DNA of 63,938 bases, filler included, from Candidatus Tectimicrobiota bacterium (GCA_016193065.1; 9 parts of 9 records of this genome joined end to end with filler, not necessarily neighbours in it); one strand, 5' to 3'. Shown: positions 35,660-46,049, numbered from the whole stretch's first letter. The notes: a model not told the origin generated them from the letters alone. Program-made: numbers and translations.

Positions 35660-37246
35660 TCAACCTCCTTTGAGAACCGAACCGGGAGCAGCCTTCGAGG
35701 CCAGGAGGTGGCGCAAGATCTTCCCCGAAGGGCTGCGCGGGACGGCATCGACAAACTCGACCTGCCGGACTCTCTTATATCCCGCCACCTTGCCCCGCAG
35801 AAATTCCATGAGAACGTCGCCGCTGACGGCCTGGCCGGGTTTCAGCACCACGAAGGCTTTAGGGATCTCGCCGGCCTCCTGGTCCGCGACACCGATGACG
35901 GCGCAATCCTGCACAAGTGGGTGCTCCAGCAACAGGGCTTCCAGCTCGGCGGGGGCCACGGTGTAGCCCTTGTACTTGATCATCTCCTTCGTGCGACCCA
36001 CAATGAACACGTAGCCGCGCTCATCCATGCGGGCCAGGTCCCCGGTGTGGAACCATCCATCGACCAGAACCCGACTCGTGAGACCCGGATCCCGCCAGTA
36101 CCCTCGCATGACTTGCGGGCCCCGCACGACGAGTTCTCCCACTTCCCCCGGTCCCAGCACCCTCCGGGGACCACGGAGATCCAACACCCGCTCCTCCGTA
36201 TCGGCCAGCGGAGGCCCGACGGATTCGATTTCGGCGTGAGCGTAAAAATCGGTGTTAATCGCCGGGGAGGTCTCCGTGAGGCCGTAACCCTGCTTTACCG
36301 GAACCCCAGTCAGTGCCCGGAACTCCCGGGCCACCTCCGCAGGCAGAGGAGCCGCGCCGCTGTTCACGTAGCGCAGCGAGGACAGGTCGCGATCCTGGAT
36401 CCGGGGGAAATGGACCAGAGACAGGAGCACGGGCGGAACCGTAAACAGGAGTGTGGCCCGATGGCGGGCGATCAAGTCCACCAGTTCCTCAGGATCATAG
36501 CGGCTCATGATCACCTGGGTGGCGCCCACGGCCACGGCCTCCGCCATCAGCACGTTCATCCCGTAGATGTGGAAAAAGGGGAGGTGATTGAGAAAGGTGT
36601 CTGCAGGGGTGATCGGCATCGGATCCTGATACTGGAACTGAACCAGATTCGTGACCAGGTTCCGGTGAGTCAACATGACCCCCTTGGGGACTCCCGTGGT
36701 TCCGCTGGAATAGGCAATCACCGCGAGCCGGTCCGGAGCTAAGGGAGGGAAAGAGACGCCCGTCCCCGGAGAGATGCCGAGATTCTCAAGACAGGGACCC
36801 CGATCCTCCTCTGGCTTCCCGATGGAGATCCGTTTCTCTGCAGGGATCAAGCTCCCACCCGCTTCCGTGAACCGGGCCAGCAGGTCGGAGTCAACGATGG
36901 CGGCCGCAGCCTCGCAGTCAACAAGCTGCGCCGCGATTTCCCGTGCCGCGTAGGCCGGACTGAAGGGGACGACCACGCCACCGGCCTTCAAGATCCCGAA
37001 AAAAGCGGCGATATAGTCGATGCTGTTCTGCCCCATGAGGGCGACCCGCTGGCCGGGCTCCACACCCGACCTCGCCAGGCCCGCCGCGATCCCCGCGCAC
37101 TGCGCATTCAACTGGGAGAAGGTGGCCGTTTGTGACCCATGAACGGCCGCGATTTTGTCCCCGAAGTGCTTGGCGCTCCGGGAGAGAACCTCAGGCAGCG
37201 AAATTTCCGGGTACGGTTTCAATGAAGGTCGAAGGATCGGGTTCAT
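35660..37246 (-). CDS. AMP-binding acyl-CoA ligase (4-coumarate-CoA ligase-like)
   Basis: YSSGTTGVPKG, GYGLTE, GWFHTGD and PRSPSGKILR. Confidence 0.92.
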   Translation of the reverse strand: MNPILRPSLKPYPEISLPEVLSRSAKHFGDKIAAVHGSQTATFSQLNAQCAGIAAGLARSGVEPGQRVALMGQNSIDYIAAFFGILKAGGVVVPFSPAYAAREIAAQLVDCEAAAAIVDSDLLARFTEAGGSLIPAEKRISIGKPEEDRGPCLENLGISPGTGVSFPPLAPDRLAVIAYSSGTTGVPKGVMLTHRNLVTNLVQFQYQDPMPITPADTFLNHLPFFHIYGMNVLMAEAVAVGATQVIMSRYDPEELVDLIARHRATLLFTVPPVLLSLVHFPRIQDRDLSSLRYVNSGAAPLPAEVAREFRALTGVPVKQGYGLTETSPAINTDFYAHAEIESVGPPLADTEERVLDLRGPRRVLGPGEVGELVVRGPQVMRGYWRDPGLTSRVLVDGWFHTGDLARMDERGYVFIVGRTKEMIKYKGYTVAPAELEALLLEHPLVQDCAVIGVADQEAGEIPKAFVVLKPGQAVSGDVLMEFLRGKVAGYKRVRQVEFVDAVPRSPSGKILRHLLASKAAPGSVLKGG

Positions 37247-37489
37247 GACAGTCCATTGAAAAAGTGTCATCGGCGAAATATTACAGTTCCAACGCAAAAC
37301 GGAGAGCTTGCTTGATCCTATCCAGACTTTCGGTAGGAAGTGAACCGAGTCTTCGCGGCTAGACCCAGGTCCGCCAGCCAGACTTCACCCTGCTTTGGGC
37401 TCATCTATAATGTCGAGCACTTCCTGCTCGACCTCGCGGGAACGAGCCAGGTCGAGCGCATCATGGTCGGCTAAGTCAACCGGCGAGAT

Positions 37490-37873
37490 TCAGCGCGAAC
37501 CGGCCGAACCAGGGGCGGATTCCGGGGCCGCGGGGACGAAGACGTAAACCTTCTCGCCGGGCTTCACCAAGCCCAGTTCTTCCCGGGCGATCTTTTCCAC
37601 GGCGTGGGGGTCGTTCCGCAGCGACTCGATCAGAACCCGCAGAGACCGGTTCTCTGCCTCGATGCGGGCGATTTGGTCTTTCATGACTTTATTTTTCTTC
37701 CCCAACTGATAGACTCCGTAGATTCCCCCCTGTCCCGCGATCGACGCCACCAGCAGGAAGGCAAAAAACGCCAGGCTGGAATAAAGGACGATGCGAGCTT
37801 TGCGCTCCCGGGCCTTGATCCAGACCGGCGGCTGATGGGCATTGCGGCGATCGACGGCCACCTCGCTCCTCAT
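37490..37873 (-). CDS. ftsB: Septum formation initiator FtsB/DivIC
   Basis: TM helix, coiled coil and EKIAREELGLVKPGE; directly downstream of eno. Confidence 0.85.
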   Translation of the reverse strand: MRSEVAVDRRNAHQPPVWIKARERKARIVLYSSLAFFAFLLVASIAGQGGIYGVYQLGKKNKVMKDQIARIEAENRSLRVLIESLRNDPHAVEKIAREELGLVKPGEKVYVFVPAAPESAPGSAGSR

Positions 37874-37874
37874 T

Positions 37875-38731
<857 letters not shown>

Positions 38732-38831
38732 NNNNNNNNNNNNNNNNNNNNNNNNNNNNNNNNNNNNNNNNNNNNTTAATTAATTAANNNNNNNNNNNNN
38801 NNNNNNNNNNNNNNNNNNNNNNNNNNNNNNN
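38732..38831. other. Artificial contig spacer
   Basis: N-TTAATTAATTAA-N. Confidence 0.98.
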
Positions 38832-39605
38832 CATTCCGTTGAGTTCCTGCATCTCGGTCTCGGTGATCGTGCCCGCCAGCTCCCCCAGGATTCGTTTGGC
38901 TCCCTCCTCCACATCGGCGCGCACCAGGGGTGCAGCCAGATAATCGGGGAAATAGTGCCGATCGTCTTCCAGAAGTATCAGATCGAATTTCCGGATGTCT
39001 CCGTCCGTCGAGTAGACATCCGTCAAGTCCAGTTTGTTCTCCCGGATCGCCTGGTAGGCCAGGCCGTGCTCGATTCCCGAAGGCCTCACGGTGAGCCCGT
39101 AGGTACGGGCCAGTCCGGGCCAGCCGTCCTGCCGGTTGAGGAACTCCAGGCTGAAGCCAAAGCGCAGGCCCGGCAACCGGGACAAATCGCTGATCCTCTT
39201 CAGACCCAACTTCTCGGCCAGGTTTCGACTTACGGCAATCGCGTAAGTGTTGCTGAAGCCGAAGGAGTCCAGAAGATCCAAACCAAACTGACTTTTCAGA
39301 CGGCGGCGCAACTCGCCATACGAGACCCTCTCGGGCAACTTCAGGACCGCCTGCTCCAAGGTCCCCGAATATTCCGGGTAAAGGTCGATGCCACCGTTGC
39401 GCAGGGCGTCAAAACAAATGAGCGTCCCCCCCAAGCCGAACTTCCTATCCACCGCGAAGCCGCGGTCTTCCAGGAGCTGGGCCAGAATCTCCGAAAGGAT
39501 GTAGCCCTCGTTGAAATGCTTGGAGCCCACCACAATGGTCCGCTGCGGAGCCGGGGCGCTCCTTCCCGGCCAAAGCAGAAGAAGGAACACTGCGGCCAGC
39601 GCCAT
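38832..39605 (-). CDS. OpuAC/OsmF/EgtU-type betaine ABC substrate-binding domain (3' truncated), in frame with the upstream ATPase
   Basis: VVGSKHFNE, GLGGT, IDLYPEYSGT, GFSNTYA, R-DG-PGL, YSTDG and LEDD-FPDY. Confidence 0.88.
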
Positions 39606-40211
39606 GGGTGCCTCCCGGAGATCGTGGGTGACCAGGATCATGGTCCTCGCTTCGAGCTTCTGCAGGTGCAAGAATTCCTGATGAATCTCGTTGCGGGTCA
39701 TGGGATCAAGGGCTCCAAACGGTTCGTCCAGGAGAAAGATCTTTGGATTCAGAATCATGGCCCGGCACAGTCCCACCCTCTGCTGCTGCCCGCCGCTGAG
39801 CTCGTAGGGGTATCTCCGCTCAAAAGAAAGCGGAAGGTCCACCAACCGCATGAGATCCTGACCTCGGGCCCGGACTCGTTCGGGCTCCCAGCGGGCGAGC
39901 CTGGCCAGCAGCGTGATGTTTTCCCAGACCGTCAGATGCGGGAACAGGCCCGTACCCTGCACCGCATAACCGATCCGCAAGCGGAGCTGCGGCAGCCGTT
40001 CGTAGTCGATGGGATTCCCAAAGACGGAAACCTTCCCCCGAGTGGGCCGGATGAGCCCGTTGATCAACTGCAAGAGGGTCGATTTTCCGCTGCCGCTGGG
40101 GCCCACCACGGCCGTGGTCACAAGATCCGTGAAGGCAAGGTGAATGTCTGCAAGGGCCGTTTCGCCGCCGTAGAACTTGCTGACTCCTTCCAGGAAGACC
40201 TGGGAGCCCAC
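39606..40211 (-). CDS. OpuBA/ProV-type ABC ATP-binding protein, C-terminus missing and fused to the SBP
   Basis: GPSGSGKS, LSGGQQQR, LLDEPFGALD and VTHD. The sequence after HDLREA is absent. Confidence 0.85.
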
Positions 40212-40243
40212 TCCCCCTTCTCCTTCCACGGAGCAGAGCCTCA

Positions 40244-41563
40244 CTAGAGGGCGCAGGTGCGAAAGCCGGCAAAAACGTCCCGGCGGTCCGCCGTGTAGAA
40301 ATTCCGCCAGGTGTTGCGGATCAAGCGGGAGCCCGTGGCCCAGCATCCCCCCCTCAAGACCTTGTGGGTTCCAAACCAGGGCTGGGAATACTCTTTATAC
40401 GGATCCACCACAAAATCCGGATAGGCTCCGAAATCCGTGCCCGTCCACTCCCACACGTTCCCGATCATCTGCCGGCATCCAAAAGCGCTGTCGCCGGCGG
40501 GAAGGGAGCCCACGGCAATGCAGCCAAGCCTCGCAAAGTCCAGGTGAGCCCGCTCTGTTGAAGGGGGCTCGTCTCCCCACGGATACCGCCGCTTTCGCTC
40601 CGCGCTCTCGCGGCCACCGGGCAACGGATCTAAGCTGGCCGCCATCTCCCATTCAGCTTCCGTCGGCAGTCGCCGCCCCGCCCACCGGCAATAGGCATCC
40701 GCTTCGTACCAGTTCACGTGAATGATCGGGAGGTGGTCCTCCAGCGAAACGAGCTGGTCAAAGCTGCGGTCCCGCCAGCGCCCCCCGGCCCCGCGCTCCC
40801 AGTAGACCGGCTGGCTGGCGCCGGACTCTTCCCGCCAGATCCAGCCCGCAGCGCTCCAAAACTCCCGGCGCCGGTAGCCACCATCCTCTACAAATGCGGC
40901 AAACTCGGCGTTCGTCACAGGGGCGCGCGCGATTCGGAAGGTCCGCACCTGGACAGGGTGAGCCCATTTCTCGTTGTCAAACACGAACGCGAGGTCAGAC
41001 GTGGCCCCAAGCCAGTAGGTGCCGCCGGGGATCTCCACATCCCCGGGCAGCGGCCCGCCGGCGGGTTCGGAATGAACCTGAGCCGGGATGTCCAAGAGAT
41101 GAGGCCGGGAGTAGCCGAGCGTCTGTCGCGTATAGGTGAAAGCCTCTGCGTGCATGCCCGTGTGGAAAGCCGCCAGGTGATGGAAGTAATCTTCCTCAGC
41201 ACTCGGCTCGATGGAGCTGAGGCGATCGAGCACCCGGTCCCGCACCTCCTGGACGTAGCGGAAGGTTTCCTGCCGGGCAGGCAGCGGCAGATCCCAGCGG
41301 GAATCGTGGGGGACAAGGGCGGAGTCGTAGAGGGCGTCCCCATCCGGGCGGATCGGCTTTGCCCTGCCCAGGTGCCGCAAGACCCATTTTTCCGCAAACC
41401 ATGCGACATGGCCGATTTCCCAGAGCGGGGGATTGACGATCGACAAGCGGGGCCCCATCATCTGCTCGTCCGTCAGGTCTGCGACGAGATCCACGGCGAC
41501 TCCGTGAGTCTCGCTCACCAGTTGAGCCAGCTCAGAAGCGGCGGTTAAGGATTCTATTTTCAT
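40244..41563 (-). CDS. senA: Selenoneine synthase SenA-like (EgtB family DinB + FGE-sulfatase enzyme)
   Basis: NPPLWEIGHVAWF, LYDSALVPHDSRWDLPLP, FHTGMHAEAF (iron ligands), FVFDNEK, RRLPTEAEWE, GNVWEW and YKEYSQPWFG. N-terminal motifs fit the SenA branch better than canonical EgtB (from recollection). Confidence 0.75.
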   Translation of the reverse strand: MKIESLTAASELAQLVSETHGVAVDLVADLTDEQMMGPRLSIVNPPLWEIGHVAWFAEKWVLRHLGRAKPIRPDGDALYDSALVPHDSRWDLPLPARQETFRYVQEVRDRVLDRLSSIEPSAEEDYFHHLAAFHTGMHAEAFTYTRQTLGYSRPHLLDIPAQVHSEPAGGPLPGDVEIPGGTYWLGATSDLAFVFDNEKWAHPVQVRTFRIARAPVTNAEFAAFVEDGGYRRREFWSAAGWIWREESGASQPVYWERGAGGRWRDRSFDQLVSLEDHLPIIHVNWYEADAYCRWAGRRLPTEAEWEMAASLDPLPGGRESAERKRRYPWGDEPPSTERAHLDFARLGCIAVGSLPAGDSAFGCRQMIGNVWEWTGTDFGAYPDFVVDPYKEYSQPWFGTHKVLRGGCWATGSRLIRNTWRNFYTADRRDVFAGFRTCAL

Positions 41564-41608
41564 AACTCCTCCTGAAGCGCCTCAGGCAAGCGGTGGTTGG
41601 GCCGTGCT

Positions 41609-42718
41609 CTATTCCCAGACGGCTCGGGCCGCCTCCACGACCAAATGGAGTTTTTTCTTCTGTGCCTCGGGGGTGAGGCGGTTTCCCAGAACCGAGGAGG
41701 AGAAGCCGCACTGGGGGGATAAGGCCAGTTGCTCCAGAGCCAGATAGCAGCCCGCCTCCCGGAGTCGCGCGCGGATCTCTTCCGGAGTTTCCAACCGGGA
41801 GTTCTTCGTGGTGATCAATCCCAGGACGGCGATCTTGTCCTCGGGTACCTCGCGCAGGGGCTCGAAGGACCCGGAGCGCGCGTCGTCGTACTCAAGCAGC
41901 AGGCGTTGCGCCTTCACGCTCCGGAAGATCCGCCGGGAAATCTTCTCATACCCGCCCCGGGCCAGCCACCGGCTGCCCTGGTTTCCCCGTCACAGGTGAA
42001 AGCCGAAGGTCACGCCGGGGAAGCTTCCCATCACGGCATTGTCCATCTCGATCCCTTGCCCCAACCAGCGATCCAGGCTCCACCCCTGCCCCTCGTAAAA
42101 AGCCCGGGTCCGCGGATCCACCAACAAACCGTAATGAGGGGCATCGATCTGGATGTAGAGGGCCCCCAGGCGGACCAGCTCGGCCACCTCCTCCTGCAGG
42201 ATCTCCACCACATCGGCCAGAAAAGAATCGAGGGTCGGATAAACCTCCCTGGAGCGCTCGGACGACCAGAAGCTGGCGAACAAGCTGGGGCTCGGCAAAG
42301 TCACCTTGGCGGTTTTGCGGGTCCGGCCCCGCAGGTAGGTGAACTCTTCCGCCGAAAGGTGACGCCGGCGGTGGAGTTTGCCAACGACCCCCAGAGAAGC
42401 TGGACGGGACAGGCTCCAGTTTCCCACCTCTTCATCCCCATGCCAGTGGCCCCATAGAAACGCATCGCTGCTGTACTCGCCAAACCCCTGGACAGCTTCC
42501 GTCATCTGGCTTTGAAACGACTGGCGGCGCATCTCGCCATCGCTTACCACTTCCAGTCCTGCCTCCTCCTGGAGGGATACAGCCTCATCGACCGCCCGAT
42601 CCTCAATGGCCTTAAAGGCCGAATCGCTGATCGCTCCCGCCGCCACTTCCTGCCGGGCCTTGAACAGCCAGGGCGGGCGCAGCAGGCTGCCCACCGTATC
42701 CGCGCGGACCGTGATCAT
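41609..42718 (-). CDS. Cobalamin-independent methionine synthase II-like (core MetE) protein with in-frame UGA (predicted Sec) at 41990-41992
   Basis: VGSLLRP, SDGEMRR, YIQIDAP, HL*RGN, GGYE, LEYDDARSG and LSPQCGF. The two tracked ORFs are in the same frame and join across the UGA. Confidence 0.85.
41959..41989 (-). promoter_or_regulatory. Putative bacterial SECIS element
   Basis: After UGA: CGGGGAAACCA-GGGCAGCC-GGU-GGCUG(G)CCC. Stem-loop with a G-led apical loop 19 nt from the UGA. Confidence 0.6.
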
Positions 42719-42728
42719 TCACCTGACC

Positions 42729-43436
42729 TCAAGAGCGAGTCGCCGAAAGGGAAAGGGCGAAGAAGTTTTCCGCGTCCGTCTCCCAGCGCAGAAGCTTTAG
42801 CCCGGCTTCTTCCAGCATTTCTTCCACCATCCTCCGGGTGTACTTGCAACTGATCTCCGTGCGGATCGATTCTCCCTTGGCAAAGTCAACCGCCAGACCG
42901 ATCTCATCGATCCAGGCGCGGTGGGACTCCCGGGCTACGAGGTGCATCTCGATTCGTGATTCCCGCTCGTTGTAAAACGCCAGGTGATCGAAGAGATCCA
43001 GCTTAAAATCCGCCCCCAGATGCTGATTGATGACCGACAGCATGTTCCGGTTAAAGGCCGCCGTTACTCCCGCGGAGTCGTTGTAGGCCCTCTCCAGAAG
43101 GGCGACATCCTTGACCAGGTCTGTACCCAGCAGAAATCGATCCTGGGGGATGAGAAGCCTTGCCACATTGCGCAGAAAGGCGACGGCTTCCTCGGCAGTG
43201 AGGTTTCCAATGGTGCTCCCCAGGAAGGCAACCAGACGGCGCCCCTCTTCCGGGGGCAGTTCGACGGGGAGGTTGAAGTCTCCGGTCACGCCGCGCACCC
43301 GCAATCCCGGATAGTCATTTTCCAGGGCCCGGGCCGTCTCCTGGATCATGTCTTCACTTAAATCAATCGGCACATAGAGATCCAGGAGCCTATGACACGC
43401 CATGGCATCGAGCAGGACCCGGGTCTTCCGGCAGTT
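42729..43436 (-). CDS. egtD: Histidine N-alpha-trimethyltransferase (5' truncated)
   Basis: KTRVLLDA, YVPIDLS, FLGSTIGN, GTDLVKD, AYNDSAGVTAAFN, RIEMHL and IRTEISCKY. Confidence 0.92.
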   Translation of the reverse strand, partial: NCRKTRVLLDAMACHRLLDLYVPIDLSEDMIQETARALENDYPGLRVRGVTGDFNLPVELPPEEGRRLVAFLGSTIGNLTAEEAVAFLRNVARLLIPQDRFLLGTDLVKDVALLERAYNDSAGVTAAFNRNMLSVINQHLGADFKLDLFDHLAFYNERESRIEMHLVARESHRAWIDEIGLAVDFAKGESIRTEISCKYTRRMVEEMLEEAGLKLLRWETDAENFFALSLSATRS

Positions 43437-43536
43437 NNNNNNNNNNNNNNNNNNNNNNNNNNNNNNNNNNNNNNNNNNNNTTAATTAATTAANNNNNNNN
43501 NNNNNNNNNNNNNNNNNNNNNNNNNNNNNNNNNNNN
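43437..43536. other. Artificial contig spacer
   Basis: N-TTAATTAATTAA-N. Confidence 0.98.
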
Positions 43537-43556
43537 CAGGCATTTTCTAATCGGGT

Positions 43557-45524
43557 TTAGCTGCTTTCCTGCCGAGAGCCTTCGTAAAAGCGCCGGGAAG
43601 CCTGCACTCGTTGGAGAGCCGCTTCGAAGTGGGCCAGATCCAAAGGCAGGGCGTGTGCAAACTCCACCTGCCTTAGAGCCGCAAGCTTGGCTTCCTGGCA
43701 AATTGCCTGCAGTTCTGCGCCACAAAATCCCGAAGTGTGTCCGGCCACGCTGCGAATGATCTCCTGGGCCGATGATCCTTCGCTTAATGGAACTCCGCGC
43801 AAATAGATCTGCAAGATTTCTTCTCTCTCCCGGGCATCCGGCAGGGGGACGTGGATGTGGATACCAAAACGGCCGGGTCTCAAGATCGCCGGATCCAGGA
43901 GGTCGGTGCGGTTCGTGGCCGCCACCACGGTAATTGAGCTTAGAGGTTCAATCCCATCCAGTTCGGCCAGGATCTGATTGACGACCCTCTCGCTGGCTCT
44001 GCTGCCGCTGCTGGCACTGCGAACCGGGGCCAGGGCGTCGATCTGATCGAAGAAGATGACCGCCGGGGAAACCTGGCGGGCAACCCGGAAAATGTGGCGG
44101 ATCCCTTCTTCCGATTCCCCCAACCATTTGCTGAAGATCTCGGTCCCCTTAACGGCGAGGAAGTTGGCCTGAGCCTCACTGGCCAGCGCCTGGGCAAGAA
44201 GTGTCTTACCGGAGCCCGGCGGCCCGTAGAGCAGGATGCCCACGGGGGGCTTTAACTTCATATCCCGAAAGACTTCGGGGTGCAGCATCGGTTTTTCCAC
44301 AATCTCCCGGAGCTGGCGTTTGACCTCGTCCAGCCCTCCGATGTCCTCCCAACGAACTTCCGGGACGGTGGCCATGGTCTCCCGAAGAGCCGAGGGTCTC
44401 ATGCGGGAGAGAGAGGTTTGCAGATCCTGAGGCTCTACGATAAGACGGTCAAGGGAAACGGAGAGCTTACTGTCGCCATTCCATTGGCTGCCCAGTTGCC
44501 GCCGCATGGCGTTCAACCCGGCCTCACGGCAAAGCTCCAAATCGACGCGATTTGTGGTGCCGACGACCAAGACTCCCTCGACCTTCTTGAGGCCGTCCAT
44601 CAGCTCTAAAAACTGTGTGGCCATACGGGTATCGGCCTGGGTTCCCGACTCTCCTCTTTTGGGGGCGATAATGTCCAGCTCATCGATGAAGATAATCGAG
44701 GGGAGATGATGGGAGGCCTCGTGGAAGATCTTGCGCAAGTTGGCTTCCGTCTCACCGTAAGTAGAACTGACCACGTCGGGACCGTTTATGTAAAGAAACC
44801 GGGCCTCGAGCTCGTTGGCAATGGCCCGGGCCAGGTGGGTCTTGCCGGCGCCCGGAGGACCGTAAAAGATGATTCCTCGGGGAGGGGAAATGCCCAGCCT
44901 GCGAAAGACGTCGGGAAAGCGCAGGGGGATCTCCACGAGCTCGCGCACCTGGCGGATCTGGGATGACATCCCTCCCACGTCCTCGAAAGTGACTTCAGCA
45001 GCCATTCCTGGCCAGACGTTGAAAATGTATTTAAGCTCCACCGTGGTTTTCGGTGTAATGAGGCCGGCTCCCGGGGAGAGGTCGAGAACCTTGAAGGCAC
45101 TGCCGCTGTGAGCTCCCGGCACGGTGGCGTAGAGGATGGCTCCAGGCGTGGCCATTAGACCTCGGGCCGCAAAAGTTTCCGCCAGAAATCGAGCCAGGTT
45201 TTCCACCTGGGAGAGGTCCAGAAAGGGGGCCAGCACAATCCGGTCCACCGGCGAGACCTCCGCAGGTTCCACTTCGACCTGATCCCCGATGAGCGCTTTA
45301 ATGGACTGCCGCAGGTACTGGTCGATGCGTATAATGCCCAGGCCACGATCTTGGGCCAGAGGGGGACCGACTCGGGCCAGGACCCGCTTTCGAAACTGAT
45401 TGTTGATCTCGATAATTTGCTTGGCCCGGATCCCGTGTTTCTTCATTACTTGTGGATCCAGAAGGGCCAGCCCTCGAGCACTGTGTTGCTCGGGGCATGA
45501 CTCGACTTGCAACATGATTCCCAT
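43557..45524 (-). CDS. CDC48/VCP-family double AAA+ ATPase with an apparent internal deletion in D1
   Basis: N-domain; D1 GPPGAGKT/FIDE; RPSALRE-VPEVRWEDIGG linker; D2 GPPGSGKT/FFDQID/DPAILRPGRF. The D1 second region of homology is missing. Confidence 0.88.
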   Translation of the reverse strand: MGIMLQVESCPEQHSARGLALLDPQVMKKHGIRAKQIIEINNQFRKRVLARVGPPLAQDRGLGIIRIDQYLRQSIKALIGDQVEVEPAEVSPVDRIVLAPFLDLSQVENLARFLAETFAARGLMATPGAILYATVPGAHSGSAFKVLDLSPGAGLITPKTTVELKYIFNVWPGMAAEVTFEDVGGMSSQIRQVRELVEIPLRFPDVFRRLGISPPRGIIFYGPPGAGKTHLARAIANELEARFLYINGPDVVSSTYGETEANLRKIFHEASHHLPSIIFIDELDIIAPKRGESGTQADTRMATQFLELMDGLKKVEGVLVVGTTNRVDLELCREAGLNAMRRQLGSQWNGDSKLSVSLDRLIVEPQDLQTSLSRMRPSALRETMATVPEVRWEDIGGLDEVKRQLREIVEKPMLHPEVFRDMKLKPPVGILLYGPPGSGKTLLAQALASEAQANFLAVKGTEIFSKWLGESEEGIRHIFRVARQVSPAVIFFDQIDALAPVRSASSGSRASERVVNQILAELDGIEPLSSITVVAATNRTDLLDPAILRPGRFGIHIHVPLPDAREREEILQIYLRGVPLSEGSSAQEIIRSVAGHTSGFCGAELQAICQEAKLAALRQVEFAHALPLDLAHFEAALQRVQASRRFYEGSRQESS

Positions 45525-45623
45525 GGATTAGCTCCTGAGTTTTACAAGGTTGTGCTGCGGCCTACATACTGTAAAAAACACGGTAGAACCTGTCAAATGG
45601 AATTGGCCTCGCTCCGAGGAATC

Positions 45624-46049
45624 CTATGCTTTGTAGGCCTCAAGAGCCCGGACGATGTGAGCGGGAAGCGGGGCAGCGGCCATTTTCCCCTGTGGTCCCT
45701 TGGGATCCTGCACCCAGATCCGGACGACATACCCCTTAGCGGTCAGTTCGGCGCCCCGGTAAACCTGGTGATCCAGTCGAAACGCCCGGGTGCGGATTTC
45801 TCCCACCGTGGTCACAATGCGGATGACGTCATTATAGAAGAGGGGGAGGATGAACCGGGCAGTGGCCTCCACAATGGGCAATCCCAGTATGTTTTCCCGG
45901 ACGAAAAGGGTGGGCCAGTCCAGGCCCATGGTCCGAAACATCTCCTCGGCGGCCAGATCGAACCATTCAAAGTACTTGGGAAAGTAAATCGTTCCAGCCT
46001 TATCAAGGTGGGACCAGCGTACGGGGAGCTCCAGGACGTGGCCAGGCAC
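45624..46049 (-). CDS. Acyl-CoA thioesterase (4HBT/hotdog family)
   Basis: VRWSHLD-AG-IYFPKYFEWFD and LPIVEA. Confidence 0.82.
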   Translation of the reverse strand: MPGHVLELPVRWSHLDKAGTIYFPKYFEWFDLAAEEMFRTMGLDWPTLFVRENILGLPIVEATARFILPLFYNDVIRIVTTVGEIRTRAFRLDHQVYRGAELTAKGYVVRIWVQDPKGPQGKMAAAPLPAHIVRALEAYKA

